Origin: an uncultured Mycoplasmatota bacterium
GTDB lineage: Bacteria; Bacillota_I; Bacilli_A; RF39; UBA660
Reading direction: 5' to 3'
Length of the DNA: 55,575 nt
NCBI GenBank assembly: GCA_947426265.1
Contig: CANEDJ010000004.1
Coordinates: 1-55,575 of the forward strand
Shown here: positions 41,417-50,851 of the stretch, one piece after another
Layout: the number at the start of each line of letters is the position of its first letter
Numbering within the stretch: the stretch's first letter is position 1
Position numbers and translations under genes: made by a program
The notes under the pieces: model-generated
What the model saw: only the letters and a program-made list of their open reading frames with translations
Told to the model about the DNA's origin: nothing
Database searches by the model: none

Positions 41417-41935
41417 TTAATCAGTGAAAGCTTTCACTTTTGGTGCTTCTTTTTTTGCCATTACATTAGCCTGCAATTTTCTCCAAAGAAAATTTCTTTG
41501 ATGACAAGATATTATATTTTCTAAAGCTGCTTTTAGTTCAAAATCCTCTACTGATTGCATTTTTGATGCACTTTTAAACCAACTACTTATTCTTCCTACA
41601 AATAATTCTTCTTGCTGCTCATGTCCATAAAAAGAACAATTTTCTAATGGCTTTAAAACAGTATGACTCACTGTTCCATTTGACATATTTAAGGTAGAAT
41701 AATCTATTTTTTCTCCAATAACTCCAGTTACTACTTTAGCTGACATAGGATCTAGCGAACGAACCTTTTCTTTGGTTTTCTCTAGAGCTTCTAAGGCATC
41801 TGTTACAACCTCTACTCCCTCAAACATTCCTGTTGTTTGATCTAATAATCCCAATAATCTATAAAGTTTTATTTCTTCACAATAATCATAATCAAATCCA
41901 TTTAATACTATAAGTTGCTTTTTCATTTTTATCAT
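41417..41935 (-). CDS. Hypothetical protein, paralog family B copy 2
   Basis: N-terminus LIVLNG...LLGLLDQTTGMFEGVEV aligns with the upstream gene. Confidence 0.75.
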   Translation of the reverse strand: MIKMKKQLIVLNGFDYDYCEEIKLYRLLGLLDQTTGMFEGVEVVTDALEALEKTKEKVRSLDPMSAKVVTGVIGEKIDYSTLNMSNGTVSHTVLKPLENCSFYGHEQQEELFVGRISSWFKSASKMQSVEDFELKAALENIISCHQRNFLWRKLQANVMAKKEAPKVKAFTD

Positions 41936-42000
41936 TCCTCTCTTTGTTTATTATGGTGTCTAATTTTAGGACAAAAAAGAAAGTGTTGCACTTCCCTTTT

Positions 42001-42603
42001 CTATTTTACTTCGCCTATAGAAGGAGTTATCATATAAGTTTTTTTCGCTGTTCTTGGAGCTATACTTTCAGCTGAAATTTGAATTCCACGCCAACCAGAA
42101 TTACTATTAGCTTTCATTAATATAACTTCTATAAGTTCATATAGATAAGTTAGACACTTAGTAATTTCTGTATTACCTTCAAAATGGAAAAGTTGTGGTT
42201 GATATATAATTGCATCATATCGATTTACAGGTCTTCTAAAACTTCGTGTAAATTTTCCATTTAAGTGTTCTTTTTCTCTTCCTTTTAATCGTTCTTCATC
42301 TTTATCTAAATCAAAATAACCAAACGCAATACTTTTATCAGATAGTAATCCACGATACTCCAAAGTTCTTCCATTATAATAGCCAGCTATTAATGAAAAA
42401 CTTTTTGATGCTTTATAAGCTTGACAAATATAAGCCACTAAGTCTACATAGCTTTCTACACTACAATCACCATATGGAATTTCAATTCCTTTAAAAATGC
42501 CTGTATCAAGTTCTATAATCCCAATAATTTCAGATTGTTTTACTTCATTATTTTTATAATCTTTATAATATCCATCTAATGATATTAATGTTTTTTCTTT
42601 CAT
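42001..42603 (-). CDS. Hypothetical protein, paralog family B copy 1
   Basis: LISLDG...IIGIIELDTGIFKGIEI; GGGGGA RBS; TTGCCA-17-TATAAT promoter upstream. Confidence 0.75.
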   Translation of the reverse strand: MKEKTLISLDGYYKDYKNNEVKQSEIIGIIELDTGIFKGIEIPYGDCSVESYVDLVAYICQAYKASKSFSLIAGYYNGRTLEYRGLLSDKSIAFGYFDLDKDEERLKGREKEHLNGKFTRSFRRPVNRYDAIIYQPQLFHFEGNTEITKCLTYLYELIEVILMKANSNSGWRGIQISAESIAPRTAKKTYMITPSIGEVK

Positions 42604-42662
42604 AGGTCCCCCTTTTAGACACGCCGTTTGCCATTATAGCACATTCTAAAGGGTTTGGCAAA

Positions 42663-43874
42663 TTAATCTTTTATCCAGTCTTTTCCATCTACCATTCTAG
42701 TAACTAACATAGAAGAAGTAATGTCACCAGTTACATTTAAGCAGGTAGCTGGTGGATCTACCAACCATGCTATTGTTGCAATAATTGGAAAAGCACTCGC
42801 TGGGAAATTATAAAGACTTACAATCAACATTTCTCCAATGAGACCTCCACCTGGAATTCCAGACATTACAACCCCACTTAAGACGGCAATCAAAAGGGCG
42901 ATCAAATATGTATCAATTCCAGTAAATGGTACTCCAAATATTCCAAATAAAAATACAATTTTTAAAATTGCTGCCATACTAGAACCTTCCATATGCATCG
43001 TAGCACCTATTGGCATACAAATTTCTCTAACATCCTTTGGAACTCCCATATGTTCTGCTGCTTCTAAATTAGAAGGAAGACTCGCTAGTGATGATTGAGT
43101 AGCCAAAGATGTAAGAGCAGGTGCAAAGGCATTTTTATAAAAGGCTTTAATACCTTTCTTTTTATGCGAAAAATAAGAATAAATAGTATACATAATAAAG
43201 AAATACAAAATACACATTCCATAATATAAAGCCATACTTCTGGCATAACTACCGAGTAGATTTGGCCCAAATTCTCCAACTAAAGATGCAAAATAAGCAC
43301 CTAATCCGATTGGAGCATAATACATGATGATACGAATAAATTTCATCATGACTTTTGATAATGTTTCTAATCCTGTTGCGATTTTCTTTCCTTCTTTTCC
43401 AAGTAAACTAATACTAATTCCAAATATAATAGAGAAAATAATTAATGGCAACATATGATCTTTTGAAAGTAATGAAGCAAAATCTGTAACAGTTATCATC
43501 TCTACAATTTTACTACCAATATTAACAGCTTCTTGCCCTTCGGATACAAAAGGAATGCTTGCACCTCCTACTGGATCAATAATTAAGGATACAATTAACA
43601 TCAAGACAGCTGCTACAAAGCTTGTAAACAAAAATGTTATAAATAAATATTTTAAAATATGCCCCAGTCTTTTCATATTTACCATATTTGCAATGGATGA
43701 TGAAATTGTAAAAAAGACAAGTGGCACTACAAGTGTATACATTAAATTTAAAAATACTTCTCCAAATGGTTTTAAAACTGTTGCATCTTCCTTAAAAATG
43801 ACACCAATTAACGATCCTATTAAAACAGAACCAATTAAAATGAGTGGGAAAATAAACGGTTTTAACTTCTTCAT
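42663..43874 (-). CDS. Dicarboxylate/amino acid:cation symporter
   Basis: ATQSSLASLP, GATMHMEG, SGIPGGG and NVTGD motifs. Confidence 0.93.
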   Translation of the reverse strand: MKKLKPFIFPLILIGSVLIGSLIGVIFKEDATVLKPFGEVFLNLMYTLVVPLVFFTISSSIANMVNMKRLGHILKYLFITFLFTSFVAAVLMLIVSLIIDPVGGASIPFVSEGQEAVNIGSKIVEMITVTDFASLLSKDHMLPLIIFSIIFGISISLLGKEGKKIATGLETLSKVMMKFIRIIMYYAPIGLGAYFASLVGEFGPNLLGSYARSMALYYGMCILYFFIMYTIYSYFSHKKKGIKAFYKNAFAPALTSLATQSSLASLPSNLEAAEHMGVPKDVREICMPIGATMHMEGSSMAAILKIVFLFGIFGVPFTGIDTYLIALLIAVLSGVVMSGIPGGGLIGEMLIVSLYNFPASAFPIIATIAWLVDPPATCLNVTGDITSSMLVTRMVDGKDWIKD

Positions 43875-43921
43875 AAAACTAACCTCCTATGACAATATAT
43901 GAAATAAAAAAAAAAACATTC

Positions 43922-44479
43922 CTAAGAATGCATTTTTAATGTATATGGTTTTTTAAATTCCGTTTCTCCAATTTTGGTTTCTAAATCTTTGGCTTTTACA
44001 ATACCCAAAATAGTTCCATCTGCTTCTGTTGGACTCCCTAAAGATCTTCTTAACGAGAAAGGTTCTCCAACTTTTTTGCCACGCAATGCATTTCCCATAG
44101 GGGATTCAAATGTCACATTTACAACTCCTGAAATATGACGAAGCCCATCAATTTGGAACTTTAATTCTTCAGGGTCTTCTCCTTCATATGCAATTTTTAC
44201 TTTCACTACATCTCCTATTTCAACGGTATCCTCATCTGACTCTACATTTATTTTTACTATCTCAGCACGATTTAACAGTTCTTCAATCCTTGCTTTGTCC
44301 GCAGTCCAGCGTGCAATATCTTGAGAAGCTGTATGACTAGCGAAATTTTGAAAGAGTCCCCCTTCTTCTCGCGCTGCTCTTCCATGTTCGTTCTTTGCTT
44401 CTGCTATTTTTTGCTCCAATTCTTGTAACTCAGCCTGTAAAGCTCGAGCTTTTACTTCTGTTATTTGTACTATTTTCAT
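43922..44479 (-). CDS. Divergent GreA/GreB-family protein lacking catalytic acidic residues
   Basis: N-terminal coiled coil; VEIGDVV and ESPMGNALRGKKVGE motifs; tip reads GGLFQN instead of GDLSEN. Confidence 0.85.
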   Translation of the reverse strand: MKIVQITEVKARALQAELQELEQKIAEAKNEHGRAAREEGGLFQNFASHTASQDIARWTADKARIEELLNRAEIVKINVESDEDTVEIGDVVKVKIAYEGEDPEELKFQIDGLRHISGVVNVTFESPMGNALRGKKVGEPFSLRRSLGSPTEADGTILGIVKAKDLETKIGETEFKKPYTLKMHS

Positions 44480-44539
44480 GTAAATAAAACCTCCTACTTC
44501 ATTTATTATAACATTTCTATCAAAAGAAAAAAAGAGTCT

Positions 44540-45766
44540 TTATAAAAACTCTAACATTAGCCATTCTGGTTTTAAAAATAAAAGGATCCCAATAAATATC
44601 ATAATACTTCCTCCAATCAAATGAGAATATTTCGCATATTTATTAGAAATTCCAGTTACTTTCATTGTAGTCATAGCAATAAAAAATACCAATAAATCAT
44701 CAATTAAAAAGAAAAAAATATAAAATAGAATGTAAGCTGTATATTCTGCAGTAGTTAAATGATTGAGGGCCAATATTTGCGTAAAAATAAGAGGCAATCC
44801 TGCTGAACAAGCAAGTTCTAATAAATTTACTGAAATTGCAAGAGCAATAATACCAATAAAAGCCAATAAAAATTTTTGCTCTGAAGTAATCTTTTTAATT
44901 CGAAATAATGTTTTTTTTCTTTGTGCCTCAGCAACAACCAGGCAGCCATCTTCTTTAGATTTATAAAAACTCCAAAGATTCCATACTCCTGCAAAGAGCG
45001 CAAATAAGGCAATTAATTTTTGAATCCACATAATAGAAGTAATTGAAAGAACTATTTTTAGCCAAGAAACCATAAATAACAAATAGATAAGCGCCGAAGT
45101 AGATAAAAAAGTCAACCCCAAAATCCACATTTTTTTACGGTCTTTCATTCCAATTAACATACTAATCAAAAATAATAGTACCCACATTGCACAAGGATTA
45201 AAGCCATCAACAAAGCCAATGAAAGCGGCAAGTAAAGGAAGAGAAACTTGCTTGGGATTAATTTCTCCTAAAAAAGGAACTGTAATTGGAATATCTTCCT
45301 CTTTTTCTTCTAAAACTTCATTTTGATTTTCTTCTTCAGAAATAGATTCTCCATTTCGAATCGCTTTTACAATATCTACACTTTTTTCATTAGAATATTT
45401 TTCTATAAAATGTTCAATTTGTCTAGCAATATTATCATTATAACCTGTCAGTCCTATTTTCCCAATCACTGTATACGGAACATAGTTATTCTCTGTTTTT
45501 AAAGCTTTTTTTACTTTCTCTAACAAATCTGAATTTTCAGGAATCTCTGTTACTTCTAACATTTCAATATCTAAATTAGAATACTTACTTTGAATACGAG
45601 TTAAAAATTCTTTTTCAGCCCTACAATGAGGACAACTATTCGAATAAAATAAATATAATTTTACGTTTTCTAATGCCTTACTTGGAGTTGGGAATAGAAA
45701 ATAAAGGGCAATTAAAAAAGTAAATATCCAGAAAGACCCTATATACTTGTATTTTCGTTTACCCAA
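44540..45766 (-). CDS. Glutaredoxin-like domain fused to a CcdA/DsbD-like membrane domain
   Basis: CPHC, DGFNPCAMWVL and ELACSAG motifs; multiple TMs. Confidence 0.85.
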   Translation of the reverse strand: MGKRKYKYIGSFWIFTFLIALYFLFPTPSKALENVKLYLFYSNSCPHCRAEKEFLTRIQSKYSNLDIEMLEVTEIPENSDLLEKVKKALKTENNYVPYTVIGKIGLTGYNDNIARQIEHFIEKYSNEKSVDIVKAIRNGESISEEENQNEVLEEKEEDIPITVPFLGEINPKQVSLPLLAAFIGFVDGFNPCAMWVLLFLISMLIGMKDRKKMWILGLTFLSTSALIYLLFMVSWLKIVLSITSIMWIQKLIALFALFAGVWNLWSFYKSKEDGCLVVAEAQRKKTLFRIKKITSEQKFLLAFIGIIALAISVNLLELACSAGLPLIFTQILALNHLTTAEYTAYILFYIFFFLIDDLLVFFIAMTTMKVTGISNKYAKYSHLIGGSIMIFIGILLFLKPEWLMLEFL

Positions 45767-46002
45767 GATATAACCTCCTCTACTGACTTTTCTCCAATCA
45801 ATCTAGAACATTCCAAACCATTTTTTTCAAAAATAAGAACAGGAAGTTTTTCTAAGTCTTGATAAAGGGAAGCTTCTTGATCAAAATCCAAATCATATTC
45901 TACCCATTCTAAATCAGGAAATGCTTGTTTGGCATTGGTCCATGCTTTTTTCATAACCAAACAACTACTACACCAAATCGCACTAATTACAATGACTCTC
46001 AT
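45739..46002 (-). CDS. Thioredoxin-family protein
   Basis: WCSSC motif and cis-Pro motif LPVL. Confidence 0.85.
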   Translation of the reverse strand: MRVIVISAIWCSSCLVMKKAWTNAKQAFPDLEWVEYDLDFDQEASLYQDLEKLPVLIFEKNGLECSRLIGEKSVEEVISWVNENTSI

Positions 46003-46601
46003 TCATTTTCCTCCTTAATTGTAAGACCCAAAAGAGGGAAAAAACAAACTGCTTGATTCGGAGTTACAATTGCGCCTTTTAAATCCGCTAAATTTAGGAA
46101 AATCCCTTCAATTTCATTGGTTCTAAAATCTATACTTTTTAAAGATGTATTATGAAAATCTGCTTTGATAAATCGGTTGTTTTTTAATACTAATTGTTCT
46201 AATTTTATTCTTGAGAAACTAGCTTCACTAAAATCACTCTCTATTAGTTTTACATGCTTCAAGGTACTATCATTAAAATTACTATAATTTGATTTAGAAC
46301 TCAGAATTGATACATCAATACAAGTGCTTCCGCTCATATCAGTTCCTATTAAATTACAACTTTCAAAAATCACCTTAATGAAACTAGAACCATAAAAATT
46401 AGAATTTGAGAAACAACATTCCTTAAACGTTACATTTTGAAATCGAATTCCTTCAAAATTTCCATCAAATATTATCTTTTCAAATGTACAATCTTGAAAT
46501 TCAATATAATGATGAAAATCAGTAATCGTCTCTTCTTTCAATACACAATAAGAAACACATTCTAAGTCTTTCAACTCATCTATTTTTTTCACTTCGCTCA
46601 T
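45999..46601 (-). CDS. Pentapeptide-repeat protein
   Basis: Repeated xxF/Lxx pentads (SNFYG, SDFSE, ADFHN). Confidence 0.9.
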   Translation of the reverse strand: MSEVKKIDELKDLECVSYCVLKEETITDFHHYIEFQDCTFEKIIFDGNFEGIRFQNVTFKECCFSNSNFYGSSFIKVIFESCNLIGTDMSGSTCIDVSILSSKSNYSNFNDSTLKHVKLIESDFSEASFSRIKLEQLVLKNNRFIKADFHNTSLKSIDFRTNEIEGIFLNLADLKGAIVTPNQAVCFFPLLGLTIKEENE

Positions 46602-47736
46602 TGGTAAATGCCAGCCTTTCTAATGTCTCTTTTAATACATCTATAAAAATGGAAAGCTCCTGTTTTGTTGTTTTATGTGAAATACTAACACGTAAACTGC
46701 TTGCAGCATAATTATCATTATGAGTAACTGCCATCACTGCTACAGAAGCACTTCCTCCTTTAGAACATGCTGTTTGAGTAGAAATGAAAATGTTTTTTTC
46801 CTCTAGGGCATGTTGTAAAGTTTCTGGTTTTATCCCTGGAACACTAAAATTTAAAATATGAGGAACAGAACTGTCACTACTATTGATATGGATCCCATTT
46901 ATTTGTTTTAATTCCTCTCTCAAATAAGAATTGAGCTGTCTTACACATTCTTCTTTTTCTTTTAGGTTCACAAGCGCTAAACGAAGAGCTTTTGCTAGGG
47001 AGACAATAAGTGGTAAAGCTGGAGTTCCACTTCTATAAATGGTTGTACTTTTCCCACCGTGAATCAGTGGTTCAAATGAAATACCTTCTTTTTTTATTAA
47101 ACAACCAATTCCTTTCATCCCATAAAATTTATGTGCCGAGAAACTAATTAAGTCCAAATTTTCTAAAGATAGATTAATCTTTCCAATACTTTGTGTCATA
47201 TCTACATGAAAAAAACATTTTGGATATGATTTTAATAATTTTCCGATTTCTTCTATTGGTTGAATGATACCTAATTCACTACTAACTGATGCCATAGTTA
47301 CTAAAATCGTATCGTCTCTTAGCAAAGTTTGTAAATGTTTTAAATCAACTTTGCCTTCTTCATCTAACTTCACAAAATCAATCTCAAAGCCAAGATTCGT
47401 TAGATATTGTAATGGAGCTATAACAGAAGAATGTTCTAATTCTGTTGTAATAATATGCTTTCCACGATTTTGATATTTGAGGGCGACTCCTTTAATTGCT
47501 GTATTATTTGCTTCAGAAGAACCACTAGTATAAATAATCTCACTCGGTTTTATATTTAAAAGCATTGCTATTTGAGTTGTCGCATCATTGATTAATCCAT
47601 TTGCTTCAATTCCCAAACGATGTAGTGAATTTGGATTTCCAATAAAATTTTTACAAGCTTTTATATAGCTTTCCAATACTTGCTCGTCTACTGGAGTAGT
47701 CGCAGAATAATCTAAATATATCACTTTTATCACCAC
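46576..47736 (-). CDS. Cysteine desulfurase (IscS/NifS family)
   Basis: YLDYSATTP, GNPNSLH, SAHKFYG, RSGT and TACS motifs; start may be GTG at 47724. Confidence 0.95.
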   Translation of the reverse strand: MVIKVIYLDYSATTPVDEQVLESYIKACKNFIGNPNSLHRLGIEANGLINDATTQIAMLLNIKPSEIIYTSGSSEANNTAIKGVALKYQNRGKHIITTELEHSSVIAPLQYLTNLGFEIDFVKLDEEGKVDLKHLQTLLRDDTILVTMASVSSELGIIQPIEEIGKLLKSYPKCFFHVDMTQSIGKINLSLENLDLISFSAHKFYGMKGIGCLIKKEGISFEPLIHGGKSTTIYRSGTPALPLIVSLAKALRLALVNLKEKEECVRQLNSYLREELKQINGIHINSSDSSVPHILNFSVPGIKPETLQHALEEKNIFISTQTACSKGGSASVAVMAVTHNDNYAASSLRVSISHKTTKQELSIFIDVLKETLERLAFTNERSEKNR

Positions 47737-47792
47737 TAAGAGTATAGCATAAAAAAAGAGGAAACAACAGAAATATTCTATATTTTCCTCTT

Positions 47793-48262
47793 TTATTCGA
47801 ATATTTGATATTTATGTTCTTTCTGTATTATAAACTGAATTAAATCAGAATAAGCAATCGAAATTGTTGCTGTATTGATATTTGGGTGAAATAATAGCTT
47901 GCTATTTTTTAAAGATTTCTCAATTGCAATCATACATTTATTTTCATTGTCATTCAAAATTCCAAATGGTGTAACTGATCCAGGACATAATCCAAGTATT
48001 TTTTTTATTCTTCATTTGAAGCAAAGCTCAATCGTTTGGAATTAATTTTTTGTGCTATATCCTTCAATGATATTTGATGATGATCATTTAAAATAATCAA
48101 ATAATAATTGTTTTTTGGATCTTTTAAAAATAAATTTTTGCACCCAATCCCATCCATTTTCTCTTTTATCTTTTGAGATTGCTCTACAGTAAAAACTGCT
48201 TCATGATCTACCTTTTCATAAGAAATTTTGAATTTTTCCAATTCGTTATAAACTTCTTTCAT
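47793..48262 (-). pseudogene. YbaK/ProX-family aminoacyl-tRNA deacylase with 1-bp frameshift
   Basis: CKNLFLKD..RLSFAS then stop at 48005. A shifted frame resumes ILGLCPGSVTPFGILND..FHPNINT to TAA at 47793. One base is missing next to an A8 run. Confidence 0.85.
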
Positions 48263-48264
48263 AT

Positions 48265-49218
48265 TTACTTTTTCCTTCTATCTTTTGCATAGATTTTTCG
48301 ATATTGTACCTCAATGTCATAATTGGGATTTGCTTCTAATATCATTCTACGAAGTACTTTTAAATCATCGATTCTATGATAATAACAAATAGATAAATTA
48401 GGCGAATATTCTTTTAATGTCCATCTTGCACCTTCTAACATAAGCCTTTCTGCACCTTCTATATCAGCTTTTATAAAATCGACATGATTTATCTTTTGTG
48501 CTGATACAAAAGTATCTATAGTCGTTGTCTTAACAGGAACTGTTATTTTTTTAGAAACACTTGTTTGTAATTGATTGCAAGAAGCCTCAGAGTGTAATTC
48601 AAACATAGCATCTCCATTCTGATTAGAAACTGCTTGTTCAGAAATTATCAGATTTGAGTTTCTTTCTCTTAAAATTTCTAAATATTTTTTTCTGACTATT
48701 TCAGTAGGTTCAAAAGCATAAACTCTGCAACCTTTCGCAAGTGCAACACTAGAAAATAAACCATAATTAGCTCCCAAATCTAATACAATATCTCCTTTCT
48801 TTAAAGTAACATCATGATATTCATAAGGGCCCTCTAAAAATGGTTGGGGATTATTTTCTAATACTACATATGGCATAACAATATCCAAAAATTCTGCTTT
48901 AAAACATTTATAATCTTCGTAGTTTGGCTTTGGTATTTGAATAGTTCCAAAGGAAGTATTAATGCTATAAAAATCACCACTATCATAGTTTCTATCTAGC
49001 CACTCAATAAATGGCACATAATCACTATTTTGAGTTTTAAAAGTTCCTAATACAAATTTTTTAAAATTGCTTCTATTTAAATCTAACCAATAAATATAGT
49101 AAAAAGGATTATCTGAGGAAAGATTATTTTGTTTTATTCCCTCTTTAATTCTTTCATAAATGCTACCATATGGAAGTCTTGATAATATTTGCCATTTTAA
49201 AAAATTAAGTTGATCCAT
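48265..49218 (-). CDS. FkbM-family methyltransferase
   Basis: LDLGANYGLFS, YAFEP, IKADIEGAE and ICYYH motifs. Confidence 0.92.
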   Translation of the reverse strand: MDQLNFLKWQILSRLPYGSIYERIKEGIKQNNLSSDNPFYYIYWLDLNRSNFKKFVLGTFKTQNSDYVPFIEWLDRNYDSGDFYSINTSFGTIQIPKPNYEDYKCFKAEFLDIVMPYVVLENNPQPFLEGPYEYHDVTLKKGDIVLDLGANYGLFSSVALAKGCRVYAFEPTEIVRKKYLEILRERNSNLIISEQAVSNQNGDAMFELHSEASCNQLQTSVSKKITVPVKTTTIDTFVSAQKINHVDFIKADIEGAERLMLEGARWTLKEYSPNLSICYYHRIDDLKVLRRMILEANPNYDIEVQYRKIYAKDRRKK

Positions 49219-49282
49219 ATTTTTACCCCTGCTTTTTTAAATATTATAAAACTCGAGAGTACCCCCGAGTTTCATTATCAAT

Positions 49283-49359
49283 TGGTAGTCTGTATGGGAT
49301 TCGAACCCACGTATGCCACCTTGAGAGGGTGGTGTGTTAAGCCACTTCACCAACAGACC
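49283..49359 (-). tRNA. tRNA-Glu (anticodon CTC) with encoded CCA
   Basis: GGTCTGT acceptor stem; CCACC-CT-CTC-AA-GGTGG anticodon arm; GGTTCGAATCC T arm; ACCA end. Confidence 0.96.
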
Positions 49360-49494
49360 ATAATAATGTCTTTTACAAATGACATTATCATTCTATCATA
49401 AATTATTTTTTTTTACAATATTTCAAACGTTCTTTTTTTAATACAAAAATCTTTTTTCACCATTTTTATTTGCCTGTCTGCTTCAAAATATACT

Positions 49495-50211
49495 TCAATA
49501 AATTCTTTTAAAATCAATACCAAATGCTTTTGCTTGCTTAGTTAAATCTTTGGTTTGTATCTTATATTGTCTGCCATCTTTTATGAAATAAGTTCCACAT
49601 TGTCTAAACTCAAAGTTAACATTTTTTCTTATACATTGCTTTCTAATATCTAATACCCAATCAAATCTTAATGGTCTAGCATTTATATCAGATTCACCAC
49701 CAACCACTACAAGTTCAATAGTTTCAAGATATTTTTCAATATCAATCTTTTCTAATAATGGTTGGGCTGTGATGCATTTATGTTTTATAGGTAAATCTTT
49801 AAACACTGATAACCTATAATCAGCATTTTTCTGATTTTCAATAGTACAACATACAACGACATTATCATATCCATCCTTCCAATCCTTTGGAATACATTTC
49901 ATGAATCTATCTATTCGTTTGGTTAGAAATAAGAAAGTACAGTCTTGTCTTTCTTTCATCATTTTCCAACAATCATCACGCCAATCATCTGCTTCTTCAA
50001 TTAAAAAATCAGTAGAAAAGCATAGATATACAATACCTGATTTTATTTTGTAATTACCATTTTTTAGCTTTTCTGTTGGCTTATCAAAATCTTTTGTTTT
50101 TATTATCTCATTAGTATTGACATTTCTTTTTGAGTCTCCTTTATGAATGTAGCAATGTAAGCACCCTTCACTACATTTTTTACATCCACGCCAAGGATTC
50201 CACATTGCCAT
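49495..50211 (-). CDS. DUF5131 (phage Gp37/Gp68-like, radical-SAM-like) protein
   Basis: WNPWRGCKKCSEGCLHCY, LTKR and GGES motifs. Confidence 0.9.
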   Translation of the reverse strand: MAMWNPWRGCKKCSEGCLHCYIHKGDSKRNVNTNEIIKTKDFDKPTEKLKNGNYKIKSGIVYLCFSTDFLIEEADDWRDDCWKMMKERQDCTFLFLTKRIDRFMKCIPKDWKDGYDNVVVCCTIENQKNADYRLSVFKDLPIKHKCITAQPLLEKIDIEKYLETIELVVVGGESDINARPLRFDWVLDIRKQCIRKNVNFEFRQCGTYFIKDGRQYKIQTKDLTKQAKAFGIDFKRIY

Positions 50212-50223
50212 TTCACCACTCCC

Positions 50224-50676
50224 TTAAAATCTTGATTTTTCATAATTATATGGAATACTTGTCCCTACAACCACATCTTCTATTTTTTCTATAATTAGCC
50301 AATCATCCATATTTCCTTGATGATCGAAATCTAATAACTCAATATTTTCTACATGATCAAATTCAACCAAACATAAGCATTTCTTATGCCATCTTTCTTT
50401 TTGCTTATCAGTTAATTGCAATTTACTACTATTATCTTCTATCGTTTTAGTTATTTCATCTTCTGATAATTTAACAAAATTTTGAACATCTATAACAATT
50501 GCTTTGGCTGCTATTTTTTTTGTTCCTTTTTCCATGAAGTAAAGCACCTCATCTTTAAATACTCTACTATGTGGTATTTTTCTTCCTGCTGCACCTCTAA
50601 TAATCATTGTTTTACTACCATCTAAAATCTTATTTAATTCTTTTGTTTTATCATCACAATAAACTAAATGTACCAT
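50224..50676 (-). CDS. Conserved hypothetical protein, possibly ASCH/PUA-like
   Basis: ILDGSKTMIIRG..GRK.P..V..LYF pattern. Confidence 0.65.
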   Translation of the reverse strand: MVHLVYCDDKTKELNKILDGSKTMIIRGAAGRKIPHSRVFKDEVLYFMEKGTKKIAAKAIVIDVQNFVKLSEDEITKTIEDNSSKLQLTDKQKERWHKKCLCLVEFDHVENIELLDFDHQGNMDDWLIIEKIEDVVVGTSIPYNYEKSRF

Positions 50677-50851
50677 AATCCAACACCATCTTTCTTTTTC
50701 ATTATATCACAAAAAAGTGAATCTTTTATATCAGATCCACTTTAAAAGTATAGAAACTACAAAAAGCTTGTTTCAAATTTCTATCTAATCCTATATACTA
50801 CAATTTAGACGAATAGCTGTGAATTCGCCTTTTTTCCTTTTCTAATTCTCC

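Noticed and set aside
49210-49401. 63-aa + strand ORF
   Set aside because: It is antisense to tRNA-Glu.
47793-50676. Integrative element at tRNA-Glu
   Set aside because: I saw no integrase and no duplicated tRNA 3' end.
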